Positions 1 through 11,782 of a stretch of 51,014 nt of DNA are shown piece by piece (within the stretch, counting starts at the first letter, position 1; every line of letters begins with the position of its first letter). The stretch is taken from positions 35,745,369 to 35,796,382 of the forward strand of contig NC_068983.1 of assembly GCF_001194135.2 (NCBI RefSeq). Reading direction: 5' to 3'. Origin of the DNA: Octopus bimaculoides (lineage: Eukaryota). The notes below the pieces were generated by a model that was not told the DNA's origin, made no database searches, and saw nothing but the letters and a program-made list of their open reading frames with translations. The translations under genes and the position numbers were made by a program.

Positions 1-3000
1 AAATAGGTAAAGAATACTGAGATGAAAGTTTAATCTATGACGTTGTATGTATCCCTTTCTCTCTCTCCCTCTTTAACTCTTACTCTCTATATTTTTATGT
101 TGAGCGCGTGTGTAAGAATTGCGTTCCAGGTAGAAGGGATGAAATATAAAAGTTGCTAGAAACAACAGCCAAATCTCCCTTAAATCACACAAAGTAAACG
201 AAATTTAAAAAATTTAATTACTGCACTGGAAAGTTCAGATCGAGAAAATTCCATTGATGTAAAAATTTTTACGAAAAAGTGGAAAATGTGGATTTCTATA
301 AACATTCAAAAAGGCTTCACACAAACACACAACTTCAGATTTATATATTAAGATAGACGAGATGTCTGAACAGCTACAGATATATATATTTTGCAGTATA
401 TAATAATACAGCGTTCAAACAAAACACAGTTAATGCACTAACAATTCACAAGAACCAAGATATACACACAACCAACAGAGATATTCTTAACTAACACGTG
501 CACAAACACATCCATCCATTGATGTGTTATAATTACCTCCCCGATTCACTATTAATGCTTAAAGAGGTAAATGACACCCAACAGTCCCTATTTTCCACAA
601 AACTGCCCTCTGTTTCCGTCCGTCAATGAAAGTCTTTTATTATGAAACACTCGAACATGCGCCTCTAAAATACTTCACACTATCAGCTTCTCTCCTTCGT
701 CATCAGTAGCTTTACGTGATGTCAACAGCAGACACTCACAACGTATTTAAAAACAAAAAACAAACATAAAAAAAGAAAGTCGCAGATAAAGACGTAATTG
801 TATACAAGAAAATTTCGAAGTATTTATATATGATAATTCTCCGTTTACATGGAAACTTTCACAGCGATGAGAATATAAGGTGCGTGTGTGATTGAAAGAA
901 AGAGAGAGAGAGTAATATGTATCTCATAACCATGACATGAAATACTCACCGACCTATTCAAAATTTTGTTTTCATTGTTGCATGGTTTGGAAACAATAAA
1001 AATAACAATCAACATAAAACTGTCTTTAGATAATGCGATGTTTATGCATATCTTTAAAATAAGTGGCGGAAAATTGGTGGAAACGAGTTTGTACGATAGC
1101 TAATTGTTTTTTATAGGATAAGATTTCATATGTAACAATAGGAAAAAGAAAAACAGTAAAACCTACAGTGTTTACTATATCTTTTAACATACAGATGTTA
1201 ACACACGCAGCAAGGAGCCTAGTGAATCTATCCGATAACACTGGTTAATTCACAATATTTTGAGAGATTGGACTCAAACTGTGATCTCAGAGATATTAAC
1301 AGGTACACGTAGATGAGCCATCAAGAACGTAGATGATGCGACGAAAGCATTATAGATAGATGGATCAGAGTGAGAGATGACCAGTGGGGTGAGTAGAATC
1401 TTGCTTGGACACAGGCCGAGGCTTAATTAACCTAGAACAAGGTTGTCTAGATGAAGGTGTATGCTGTAAGATCCAACGACACCAAAGACATGATGTGTCT
1501 GAGAATTACATCAGTAGACGGATGTTAACTTGTGACCGCACTAACACTGCAGAATCTTTCATCAAATTTCAGTCGACGTTGCTTGACTGAAGTATCTTTA
1601 TATATCTTTGATTGAGTTACTTAAGGAACACGAATTTTCATGTCATTTCATGGGTCCGTTTATAGATAAATAATTCGTGGAATCTTGAGTGCAGGACATA
1701 AAACAGGAACAACTAAATTCCAGCTGAACAAAACATGTTAAAGTCGTTAGAACTTTTCCCTTATGGTGACAGAGTTTTGGAATAGCTGTCACTATTCTGT
1801 AGGGAAGGACAAACCCCACAAAAATTGGCGGACTGTGGGAGAGGGCAAAAACAGAAAACAAACTGAAATTTTTTTGAGGAAAAAAAAAAAAACTTTTCAG
1901 AATCGTAATTCCTGTTGCATGAATAATAGTAGGAATACTGAGAATGAAGGGACAAACCTTGCTCTTTTCCTTCTTCATTGGGTAATGATAGCTATTCCAT
2001 ACACTGTTCTTATAATTACTTACTTTTCAACGAAAATGTGACACCCAAAATGATGTCACTATTTGTTGCCAAAATTACATCCGTCCTCTAATCCGGCACA
2101 TTCCCAAAGAAAAACGCAAAAATTACAAAGAGAAATTTACCAATTCTCTACCCACAGCACACACTAAATTCTCAATAATATATTCACTTTCGAGATCACA
2201 GAAGCTATTTTGAGCCATTTTACTTTCAAGTCAAGCCACAATGTTGTGAGACAACAATGTACGGGATTTCTTAAACTCATAAACCCAGTCTTTTACATGA
2301 GGACTATCGTGCAAGATTCTTGCTGGCTGAACTGAAACTGAATTATACAAAGTAAAAGCAACTTAGGCAACGTTTACATTGATAAGTTCTCATCATCGTA
2401 GGATGTTAAACTTTACAATCAAGAGAGAGAGAGAGCGCGCAGCGCAAACATTATGATGCACAATACGTTGTGTCGAGTGGATAGATCGTTTATTATATCA
2501 AAAGGTGACAGAGTGCCTACTCTCAGTTTCGTCCTAGGCTGTCCATAACAGTAATGAACAGACGGGGCTAAACTCAGGACAGATTCATTTGATACACACA
2601 CACATACGCAAACTGACAGACAGATCTATCTATGCACGCACACACACATACAAGATGCTACGAAAGAAAATCTCACAGCTATCAACTTACATAAGGAGAC
2701 TAACTGGTCCTGTTGGCCACTCAGATTAAACGAACCATACGAAGCTATTGACAGATCAATGCTACCTGACAGAACATATATGTCTGCCGATCACAACAGT
2801 CTTTCTATTTGCAGTCTTAAGGAACTTAGTATTATGATTCTATATTGCATTTAAGTAATAACTATGGTAAAAGTTGTAAATCGCCGTTTGAACTAATACA
2901 GTCATCTTCGCTCTGCAGTTCGTTAACAAGTAATGGTGTCACGATCGTTATGGAACCGACTTCCCTCAAACACACTTACACACATAAAAACATGTGCACG

Positions 3001-3480
3001 CACGTACACACAAAAACATATGCACGCACGTACACACACACACACACAAATAAAAACATGCATACACACACACGTCTGTATACATATGTGGGGACCGGTA
3101 TGTCAAAGAATAGACCCAACGTTTTCTTTGCATGTCGTAAAAAGGGCGACTAAAAGAGATTGAGGTGGGATTTGCATTCCGACCTCGTAAAACCCTTACC
3201 AGTAACAACTACCCAAGCAGACCTATGTGTTGGAGGGTTGTCACTTGAGCAGTGCAAAGGTGTCCCCCACTTGGAGTAGGAAGGAAATCACCAACAAATG
3301 GTGAAACGTGTGTGCCTTGCGTGAAACTGGATGGACGGAAACTGGTTTTAGCCAGACTGATGGACTGTACCAGTTATACAAAGGAAAACTCTTGTCTCAC
3401 TGTGTTACGCTGACTTTTCCTAAAGATTATGCTGTAATACCAAATACTTGTAGGAGTTCAGCTCGATCGATCACCTAGAC

Positions 3481-3717
3481 CAGTGCTCCGCAACTGGTAT
3501 GCCGCGACACACTAGTGTGCCACGAGACGATGTTAATAGGTGTGCCGCAGTGTAACCTGAATAGGATCTGTTCAATCTCAAGCTGCTTGAGATTGAAAAG
3601 GTGCCCTGAATATAATTTTTTCCCCGTAGTTTTAGTTATATTTTTAGTTCAGGGGTGCCGCCGAATTTTGAAAAGAATATAAGTGTACCGCAAGTGAAAA
3701 GAGGTTGCGGTGCACTG
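3481..3717. mobile_element. hAT (Charlie-like) MITE, 237 bp
   Basis: 14-bp TIRs CAGTGCTCCGCAAC (3481-3494) and GTTGCGGTGCACTG (3704-3717), 13/14 complementary. 8-bp TSD ACCTAGAC (3473-3480) / ATCTAGAC (3718-3725). No ORF. Confidence 0.9.
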
Positions 3718-4116
3718 ATCTAGACTATTCATCGTCGAAACCGATGAATTCTTTACTTTTAAGCGAGTATACAGTGCTCTGAGAAGAAATAATATTTTTT
3801 CCTCTCCTTTGACGTCAAGAAGTATATATAGGTCCTTGCTAATACTGACAGCCCACTAAACATCTCTTCTGTTCTCGTGTTCATCCTATTTCTTTCTGGT
3901 GATTCGTTTCATTTCACCCAGTTTGATAAAAATAAAAGAATAATATAATCTAAAATAAAGCGCAAATTAAGCTGGACATACAGGTGAGAGAGGGGCCCAC
4001 TGCTGAAACTGACTGAATATGACAGAAGCAAGCAAGCAAGCACAAACAGATGAACTGGGAGCAACTTGGAAAGTGAGCACATACGCTGCGAGAAATAAGG
4101 TGAAACTGGATTTTTA

Positions 4117-4345
4117 AGGCGACAAGATGGCAGAATCTGTTAGCACGTCGCAAAAGAAAAAAATGCTTACACACATTTCGTCCGTCTTTACGTTCTGAGT
4201 TCTAATTCCATCGAGGTTGACTTTGCTTTTCATACTTCGGGGTCGATAAAATAATTACCAGGTGAGCACTAGGGTCGATGTAACCGACTTACCCCTCACC
4301 CAAAATCGCTGGCCTTGTGCCAAAATTTTAAACCAATATTTAATT
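4117..4345 (+). mobile_element. SINE family B (tRNA-like head, central CTTTCATCCTTTCGGGGTCGATAAA-type domain)
   Basis: Head AGGCGACAAGATGGCAGAA, B-box-like GAGTTCTAATTCC, central domain and GGCCTTGTGCCAAAATT tail. Matches the reverse complement of the copies at 11557, 35130 and 36100. Confidence 0.8.
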
Positions 4346-5759
4346 AACTACTTCATAGCAACCCTGGGTAATTATTTTCGAAGGATACGCATATACATAA
4401 ATCGAAATGTAATGTAAGGTATATATTTGTAATAAACATACAAATCGAGCTTCGCTGTAAAGAAAATGCTAACGCTATATGGCTTTTAATTTTTCGGCGG
4501 GGAGAAAAAGTGAGATTGATTTAACTAGTTTCTGGTATTCCTGGACTTTCATCAGAGAAAAAAAAAACCCCACCTCATTAGTAGCCAACAACTATCTATA
4601 AAGTATACAAATTTGGATCAAGTTAAACTGGTTCTGTCTAAAGTATACTATATATTTCAATGTTTCCGACAGGTAAAAACAGAAGAAGAAATCTTGTGTT
4701 GTGCATTATTAATTCAATAAACATTATGTCAGCTCATCTGTTATACAAATTAGACGAATCATTTTAGCTGTGTCCGTGTTTGTATACACTATAAATAGCT
4801 ATAGGCTAGTAGTTTCTCCTTGGAATAAATATAAAAAAATTCTCCCTCTGATGAAGGTATAAGACAACTAGAAACTAATCTGTTTAATAAGTTGTTTTTT
4901 TTTCGGTGGAGGGGGGGGGGGAAGAATGGAAAGAAACTTGTATAATTTCAACTTGTTTACTTCTTCACAACGAGGCTAAAATTCGGTTTATCAAAAAATA
5001 AAATAGGTATTTGCATGTCTTACGCCGTATAAGCGCAGTGTGTGTGTATACACTACCTCAAGTAATATATACAACACACACACACAAAGGGACTATGAGA
5101 GATGATTTAGTAATAAAGAAAATAAGGCATTTTTTAAAAATAAACACTTGAGAAGAGAGTATGTAAGACTTTTCAAACGTTTATTTTCAAAAATGTCTAC
5201 ATACACATCATCATCATCATCTACTCCACTACCTGAGACAAGTTTAAAAGCTGGTCCGAATTTTATCGGACGGTAAACTGCCGTAGTTATTGTACTTGTT
5301 GCTGTTTCGATCAGTTTGCATCTCCCGTTTATTATCTTCGAGTGTCACTTTCAGTTTATTTACATCTATGCAATGCTCCGATTTATATACTATTTGGACG
5401 AATTCAGTTGCCATCGCATGTGTTTGTGTGTGTGTGTGTGTGTGTTTATTTACGCTAAATATTCGTCGGTTATATTCTTCGACCGTCTTCGGGTACATAC
5501 ACATTTCATCTTACACCACATACCGATCGGTATATTCTTTCAGCATCTTCCAGTGACACGATATCTACCTATATTTGAAAAAGGTGATACAACTATATAT
5601 TTTTACATGTACAGTAATAAATGGTACAGTTTGATTCTAGCCGACACACACATACAAAGTCATAAAACATTTGGTTATAAAATATAAGCTGTAAAAATTT
5701 AGTGTTGATCCTTCCTATAGATTTACACAAGTTCTCACTGACGAGAAGGGTTAACCAGA

Positions 5760-5950
5760 TTGCTGTTTTGGCCCGAGGGCAGCTCAGATCGAGTACATCT
5801 ATGATCCAAGACATTCCAGTGGTGACCATCCTCTCCTTGTTTTTAAGGCAGGATATTTCGAAGACTAAATTATCCAATGAGTCATTCCCTTTTTTAAGGC
5901 ACGATTAAACGGAGATTTGGCTGCTCTTTCTAAAAGCTAACATCTAGAAG
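5760..5950 (-). mobile_element. Interspersed repeat family D (3' part)
   Basis: Reverse complement carries TAGAAAGAGCAGCCAAATCTCC and GGATGGTCACCACTGGAATGTC. These motifs recur near 155-190, 21980, 33270, 34470 and 48600. Confidence 0.6.
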
Positions 5951-8174
5951 TTCCATTGTTAGTAAATAAGTAGATTAGCGGATCCGAACAGGTACAATAC
6001 ATTTCCTCTTCTGAGGACTACTTATGGATTATAATGAAATATTTCATCAATAGGATAACTGATATGAGTGATGTTATCAATTAAAGGTGTGTTAGGGAAG
6101 AAGGAACGGCTGTAGGGTATATAATGTCAAATAAGTCAGTGTATTACTCACTGGGAGTGATTTACCTTCTATAAAGGTATAACATGTGGGGAGCGAAAAT
6201 AACACGTGTTTCAAAACAGATAAGTAGGTGGGTTGCAGTAAAGGAGCTTGTTTAAGGAGAGGGGTAACAAAATCCCGAATCATATATATTTTTAAATAGT
6301 CTGGTTCACTATGAGATCTAAACGTTTTTAAAAGTTGGATGGACTGCATTATGATTCTTAATTCATTTTGCTGTCCATCCAGCATATCTACTCAAGTCTC
6401 GAGTTGTAAATGCTTTCTCTCATTGCTAACATATTCTAAGAGCTAATGCATTTACACCAGACGGTAATGCTTAAATTTCGTCAACAACCTAAAAGTGATT
6501 CAACTCGGGGACAATTTTAGTACTTCCAACAATTGTTTCTTTCCAACAGTTGTTAATTTAATTTTGAAAATAAAAAGACTAATTTTCAAATGATTTGGGT
6601 ACAAATAATTAAGATTCCTCTTACCTTTTAGTTTTGAAAAAAAATATTATGGCTGACCCAACAACTGTTTAGTTAATAGAGAAAAACATTGTTCATCCGA
6701 AGCACTTCAAACATTCGCGTGCGTAAGTTTCCTTATGTATATTCGTTTAGAGATTGTTAGTAAAAACTTAAATTTGTCCCCTACTCTTACCGATTACAAC
6801 AGGACTTATAACGTTCTTTTCATTATAAATAAACTCAACATAATTTCTTACAGCTATTCTTTCATGCGCGAAGTGTTGTTGTTAGCAGTCTGGGTTATCA
6901 GAAAAGAGAGAACGAATGAAAAGTTACTTATGATCACTTTTAGTTTGTTTTTTACTGACTTTTAATAAACTGTAAACACGGAATCATTGAAAAAAAAACT
7001 TTCGCTGTATCTGTAACCAAAAAAGTAGCAGAATGATACTGCAAACAATAACAATGGGAAATTCGTAATAATGATACTTACATTAGTTGCAAAAAGGGAT
7101 CGCATTGTGAAGAATTTAAAATAAATAATATGTAAATATAGATTTTAAAAATATGTATATGTGTATTGCTCTCTTTGATGACCTGCCGTTAAAAGAGGCC
7201 CGATACGTGAGAGGTAGACAAAAATAAAATCAACGTGGTAAGGTAATTCCAGAAAAGAGATTCAATAACTGAAAGAACGGACAATCAGCTTGAGATACGT
7301 ATTTCACTGTGTCCGGTAACATGTGTAAACTCCATCCTTAAGGTCAACAGGACATAGTGTGAGCAATTTATTATAAGATTAATAATTAGTTAAGTGAATG
7401 AAACCCCCCCAGAATAAAAAAAAAATGTCATACGAGACAAAAACCCTGACAAAACGTAGTGCTTGCTCTGTTGCTGTTGGTATAATGAAAGAAATCCTTG
7501 TCTAGAGAAATTTCAATGAGGCTAAGACGATGAGTGAGGAGGAGGGAGAACAGAGAGTATTAGTCAGAGAGTGATCGTCAACAGAAACAAAGACGGAGAG
7601 ACATGAAGGGGAGGAAAAGCTGGTTGGCAGCAGTAGTAATGTTCATTACAATCAGGGCAGAAAGAGGAGAACCACCCTAGTGCAACATCACTCGCAACAA
7701 CACACTCTTGAAGCTTTTCCGTCTAAGTTTAACTAGACAAATAATGACAGTCAGTATCTTTTACCCTGACCACTATGTTTACAGACGACTGTACACGTCA
7801 TTATTGTATTGCTTCGGGTTCCCACCTTCCTCCTGCTAGTTATATGTGAACTTATCTTTATAGTAAGAATTACATTTCTGTTTACTAGAAAGAAACAGTC
7901 CGATCGAGAAGACAACCGTTGCGCTTTTATACATTTGACTACATCTTTTAAATTAAGACAATCAAAACATTTTCTTTTAAGACAACGAGAGTCGATAACC
8001 GTGTGCACTTCATCCTAAGTTTTAATCAATAACAGAAAGTTAAATGATTGTTTCTTTAACAATTCAGAGGTTGTAAGAGTTACAAATCACAATACTAAAA
8101 GTATATCTTCAACAAAATATCCATGTAATAAGAAAAGAAAAAAAAAATCGAACAAAAATAATGTAAATAATTAA

Positions 8175-8712
8175 AGGTGTAGGCATGGCTGTTGGTAAGA
8201 AGCTTACTTCCCTACAACATCGTTCTTTATTCAGTCTTACTACTGACCCGTGCCGACCGGATTTGGTTGAAATCCCATCGTGTGTGTGTGTGTGTGCCCA
8301 GCAGTTCTTGTTGCTAACTGTGAGCTATGAGGACACTCACAGCTTATCGAATTTCCTCGAAACTTCGATATGGGAAAAACCGTTTCACGTTCGACGCCAA
8401 TAAACTTATTGTTCCTGGTCGCACTGTCCACTTTTTGTTTTCTGTACCTGCCACGGACTGCTTGAAGCTTACAAACTTCTTAGACTCGGATCATTGGATG
8501 TGTGTGTGTGTCTTTGTATTTGTCTCATACGACCACTTGACAACCAGTGTTGATTCGTTTACATCCCCGTAACTTAGCGGTTCGGCAAAAAAAAAAATAA
8601 CACACTAAGTACCAGGTTTAAAATGAGTACAGGATCGACTTGTTCAACTAAAGCATTCACGGCAGTGATCCAGTATGGCCACAGTCGAATGACTGAAACA
8701 AGTAAAAGCTAA
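8175..8712 (+). mobile_element. SINE family A (tRNA-like head, (GT)n, GAAACAAGTAAAAG tail), interrupted by an insertion
   Basis: Head AGGTGTAGGCATGGCTGTTGGTAAGAAGC. 3' part CCCCGTAACTTAGCGGTTCGGC...GACTGAAACAAGTAAAAG. About 180 bp of unrelated sequence lies inside the (GT)n tract (8297-8478). Confidence 0.75.
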
Positions 8713-9195
8713 ATGATACAAGTTTGTTTACAACACTCAGTAATTACCTTCTTAACGAAGTTTACCGTATACGTTGATATGAAGCTATTCAAAGCTGAAT
8801 ATCAACAGCATCAACTTCACCGAGGTCAGAGATGGACGTAAAACCTTCCTTTATGTTTGTGTGAACGACCCCCACTAAAAGAAAATGTGAGGTAGACACA
8901 TGCACACACACTTCTTACTTTTACTTTTTACTTCTGGTTTTGATCACTGGACAGCGGTCATACAGAGAAACAACCTTCAAGTATTTGAAGTTGTTCACAT
9001 CAATCCCAAAACTTATTTCAACTTGATACTTATTTCATTGATCTTATAATTAGTGAATGGCTCAGTTATAAGGATTCTTCCCACCCCACCATTTTTTCTT
9101 TTATACAACACCGGTTACGTTTCTTGAAACGACACCGGTTTATATATAAACACAGATACGGGAATAAAACACACACACACATATATGCACACACC

Positions 9196-9198
<3 letters not shown>

Positions 9199-9250
<52 letters not shown>
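9199..9250. repeat. (TA)n microsatellite
   Basis: Directly visible. Confidence 0.95.
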
Positions 9251-9253
<3 letters not shown>

Positions 9254-9779
9254 CAAGTAAAGAACTGAAACTTTAAATTCTACTGATTCTGCATTACGAA
9301 ATTTTAAGTTTCAGTTTTAATAAATGTATTTTGACAGTCTCTACATTCATTAGCGAGTAAAACTTTTTATTATTATTATTTATACTGAAGTCTTAACGCG
9401 TATATCTTTAGCGTAATATCAGAATAAAGATTGAGAGTACTATATAACTTTATAAAGGACCACTTATAATAAGCTACAACAATGAACTGAAACAACTGTA
9501 CAGCCTTAAAAGAAACTCTCCCTTAATAAATGTGCGTGTGTACACACGCACACACGAGCTTCGGCCTACCAAATTCCATTCACAAGATTTCGGTCAATAC
9601 ACACATACATACATGCGTGCATGAATACATACACACATACATGCATGCATACATACATCCACATACATACATACATACATACGTACGTACGTACACACGC
9701 ACACACACACGGCTAGCGGCAGAGAATGTGCTATCAAAGCTTCGAGGGAGGTTGCATCGTGCATGCATTTGTGGTGAGC

Positions 9780-10330
9780 AGACTTGATAAGGCAAGTGGT
9801 TAGACGACCCGGAAGGGCAGAGATATTTCTGGACTGATTGAAGTTGGGTTCAGAGATAAGGTGAGAAACAGATCAAGGGTGTTTGTAACGTCACTGTCTG
9901 TTAGGGCTGGAGGCTGGGGGGATGGAAGTAGTCTATATAGAGAGTAGAGAACTGCGAAAGATTCGATTTCCACATCAGTGGCATCAGCAGGAGATGTATG
10001 TGAAAACGAAGTATTACGAGCATTGAATTCACATAGGCTGATGACTTCATAGAAAGATGTCTTTGATGCTTGAAGAGATATGGTTGAATAGTTCTTGGTG
10101 ACTGGAGTTTAGAGAATGCTAGAGGAAGCAGATACATTAGGAGGAGTTGGGTAGGGAGACTTGGAGACAAAGTAACTTGAAGTCTTTGTTGCCGAGTTCA
10201 GATAGGTTAATAGTCTGGACAGCAAAGACGGACTTTAGATAAGGATCCAGAAATTTGTCTTTAAGCAGATTTGAATGCATTTATTTAGTAAGAGTTGATG
10301 TGCAAAAGTCTAAGAAGAATCACATTCCTT
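9780..10330 (-). pseudogene. Degenerate CR1/L2-clade LINE APE endonuclease fragment
   Basis: Manual minus-strand translation across stops and frameshifts gives FNHISSSI, EFNARN-like, NTLDLFLT and GSSNH (the GSSDH motif), in the order expected for APE. Confidence 0.65.
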
Positions 10331-10749
10331 GGAAGAAGAGGTAGAATTGTCCAGTAAGCTTACTTCTCCTTTTTGACATCTAGGGAAATAACAAGAAGGC
10401 ATTAGCATATTATAAAGTCACTATAATCCCTTCTTTGTCTGTAGTATACGTGTAACACACTGATCTCTGCTAAAGGTACTTATGGTGAGTCAGATAGAGG
10501 AGTTGATCTGAGCAGTGTAATGTAATAACCACCTGTACATATATGAAATTCATGTCTTGACTGAAATACATTAATACATATATTATAACTAATAAACTGA
10601 ATATACATAAATGTCCTGTTGCAGAACCTCACCTATTTCCAAGTAAGGTAATATTTCGCCATGGCCAGACATATTCTCACAGAACATTGGAAATAACTAA
10701 GGCATTCATTTACAACTACCAAATGATGTTAAGATAAGGAGACACAAGC

Positions 10750-11200
10750 ATCATCATCATCATTTAACATCTGCTTTCCATGCTGGTGTGGGTTGGACAG
10801 TTTGACAGAAGCTGGTTAGGCAGAAGACTGCACCAGGCTTCAGTGTCTGTTTCGGCATGGTTTTTATGGCTGGATACCCTTCCTAACACCACCCACCTTG
10901 CAGAGTGGACCAAGAGCTTTTTACATGGCACCAGCACCAGTGAGGTCAGTTTTTACATGGTTTTTACAGCTGGATGCCCTTCCAAATGCCAACCACTTGA
11001 CAGTATGGACTGGATGCTTTTTACATGGCACCAGCACTGGCAGTGTCACCAAGTAACCTGTAAGACAAAGATCCTTTGAGAGTGGTGGTGGTAGTGGTGG
11101 GGGCATTGGAGGAGGTGACTTTATGCCAGGTGATGAAAGGTTAGAGTATGACAGAGACAGAAACAGGTGTCTTGTAGTGAAAGAGATACATAGTTACTCG
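10750..11200 (-). mobile_element. Family C retroelement with (ATG)n tail, internally duplicated
   Basis: (CAT)n followed by TTTAACATCTGCTTTCCATGC. Two copies of the CTGGAT(A/G)CCCTTCC...TTTTTACATGGCACCAGCAC module. Confidence 0.75.
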
Positions 11201-11294
11201 ATATATAAATATGAAAGAACAATATTACTCCTACAAATAATAACGTTAGTGGTCGTGAGTGTATTTATACACACACACACACACACACACACAC

Positions 11295-11425
11295 AGGTTT
11301 CTTTCAGTTTCCCTGTCAAATCCATTCACAAAGCTTTGGTCAGCTCAGGGATATTGTAGAGGACACTTGACCAAGGTGCCATGCAGTGGGACTGGACTCA
11401 AAACCACATGTGCAAGTCTGAAGCA
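11295..11425 (-). mobile_element. SINE A/G head fragment
   Basis: GACACTTGACCAAGGTGCCATGCAGTGGGACT is the reverse complement of the head and CORE-like segment at 21422 and 29107. Confidence 0.75.
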
Positions 11426-11556
11426 AAAAAAAACAATCCTAATTACAGAAAGCAGGAGAAAAAAATCCCTACATCCTTTATGTGTACTGTGGAATTGATG
11501 TGTACTGTGGACGAGTCTATCTGTCAATGCAAATGTGTGGGTAAATGTTCATATAT

Positions 11557-11782
11557 TATTTCTTTATTGCCCACAAGGGGCTAAACAAAGAGGGGACAAA
11601 CCAGGACAAAGGGATTAAGTCGATTACATCGACCCCAGTGCGTAACTGGTACTTAATTTATCGACCCCGAAAGGATTAAAGGCAAAGTCGACCTCGGCGG
11701 AATTTGAACTCAGAACGTAACGGCAGACTAAGCATTTCGCCCGGCGTGCTAACGTTTCTGCCAGCTCGCCACCTTCATAAAT
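11557..11782 (-). mobile_element. Young full-length SINE B with TSD
   Basis: 16-bp TSD GTAAATGTTCATATAT (11541-11556 / 11783-11798). CpGs are retained. Confidence 0.9.

Noticed and set aside
2845-3208. HTHT/CVCV-rich ORFs (also 9530, 16803, 43117-43479, 44987, 49896)
   Set aside because: Translations of (CA)n/(GT)n/(TA)n microsatellites.
1524-3742. Partial matches to conserved miRNAs (TTGTGACCG near 1525, miR-2001-like; TCGTCGAAACC near 3731, miR-76/981-like)
   Set aside because: Only 9-11 nt match, the remainder diverges and there is no precursor-sized hairpin.
5244-5504. Minus-strand ORF MATEFVQIVYKSEHCID...
   Set aside because: It is short, begins beside a (CA)n tract, shows no recognisable homology and stops before the nearest plausible donor. 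It cannot be supported as a CDS.
6092-6385. 97-aa minus-strand ORF
   Set aside because: No recognisable domain or splice context. The length is compatible with chance.
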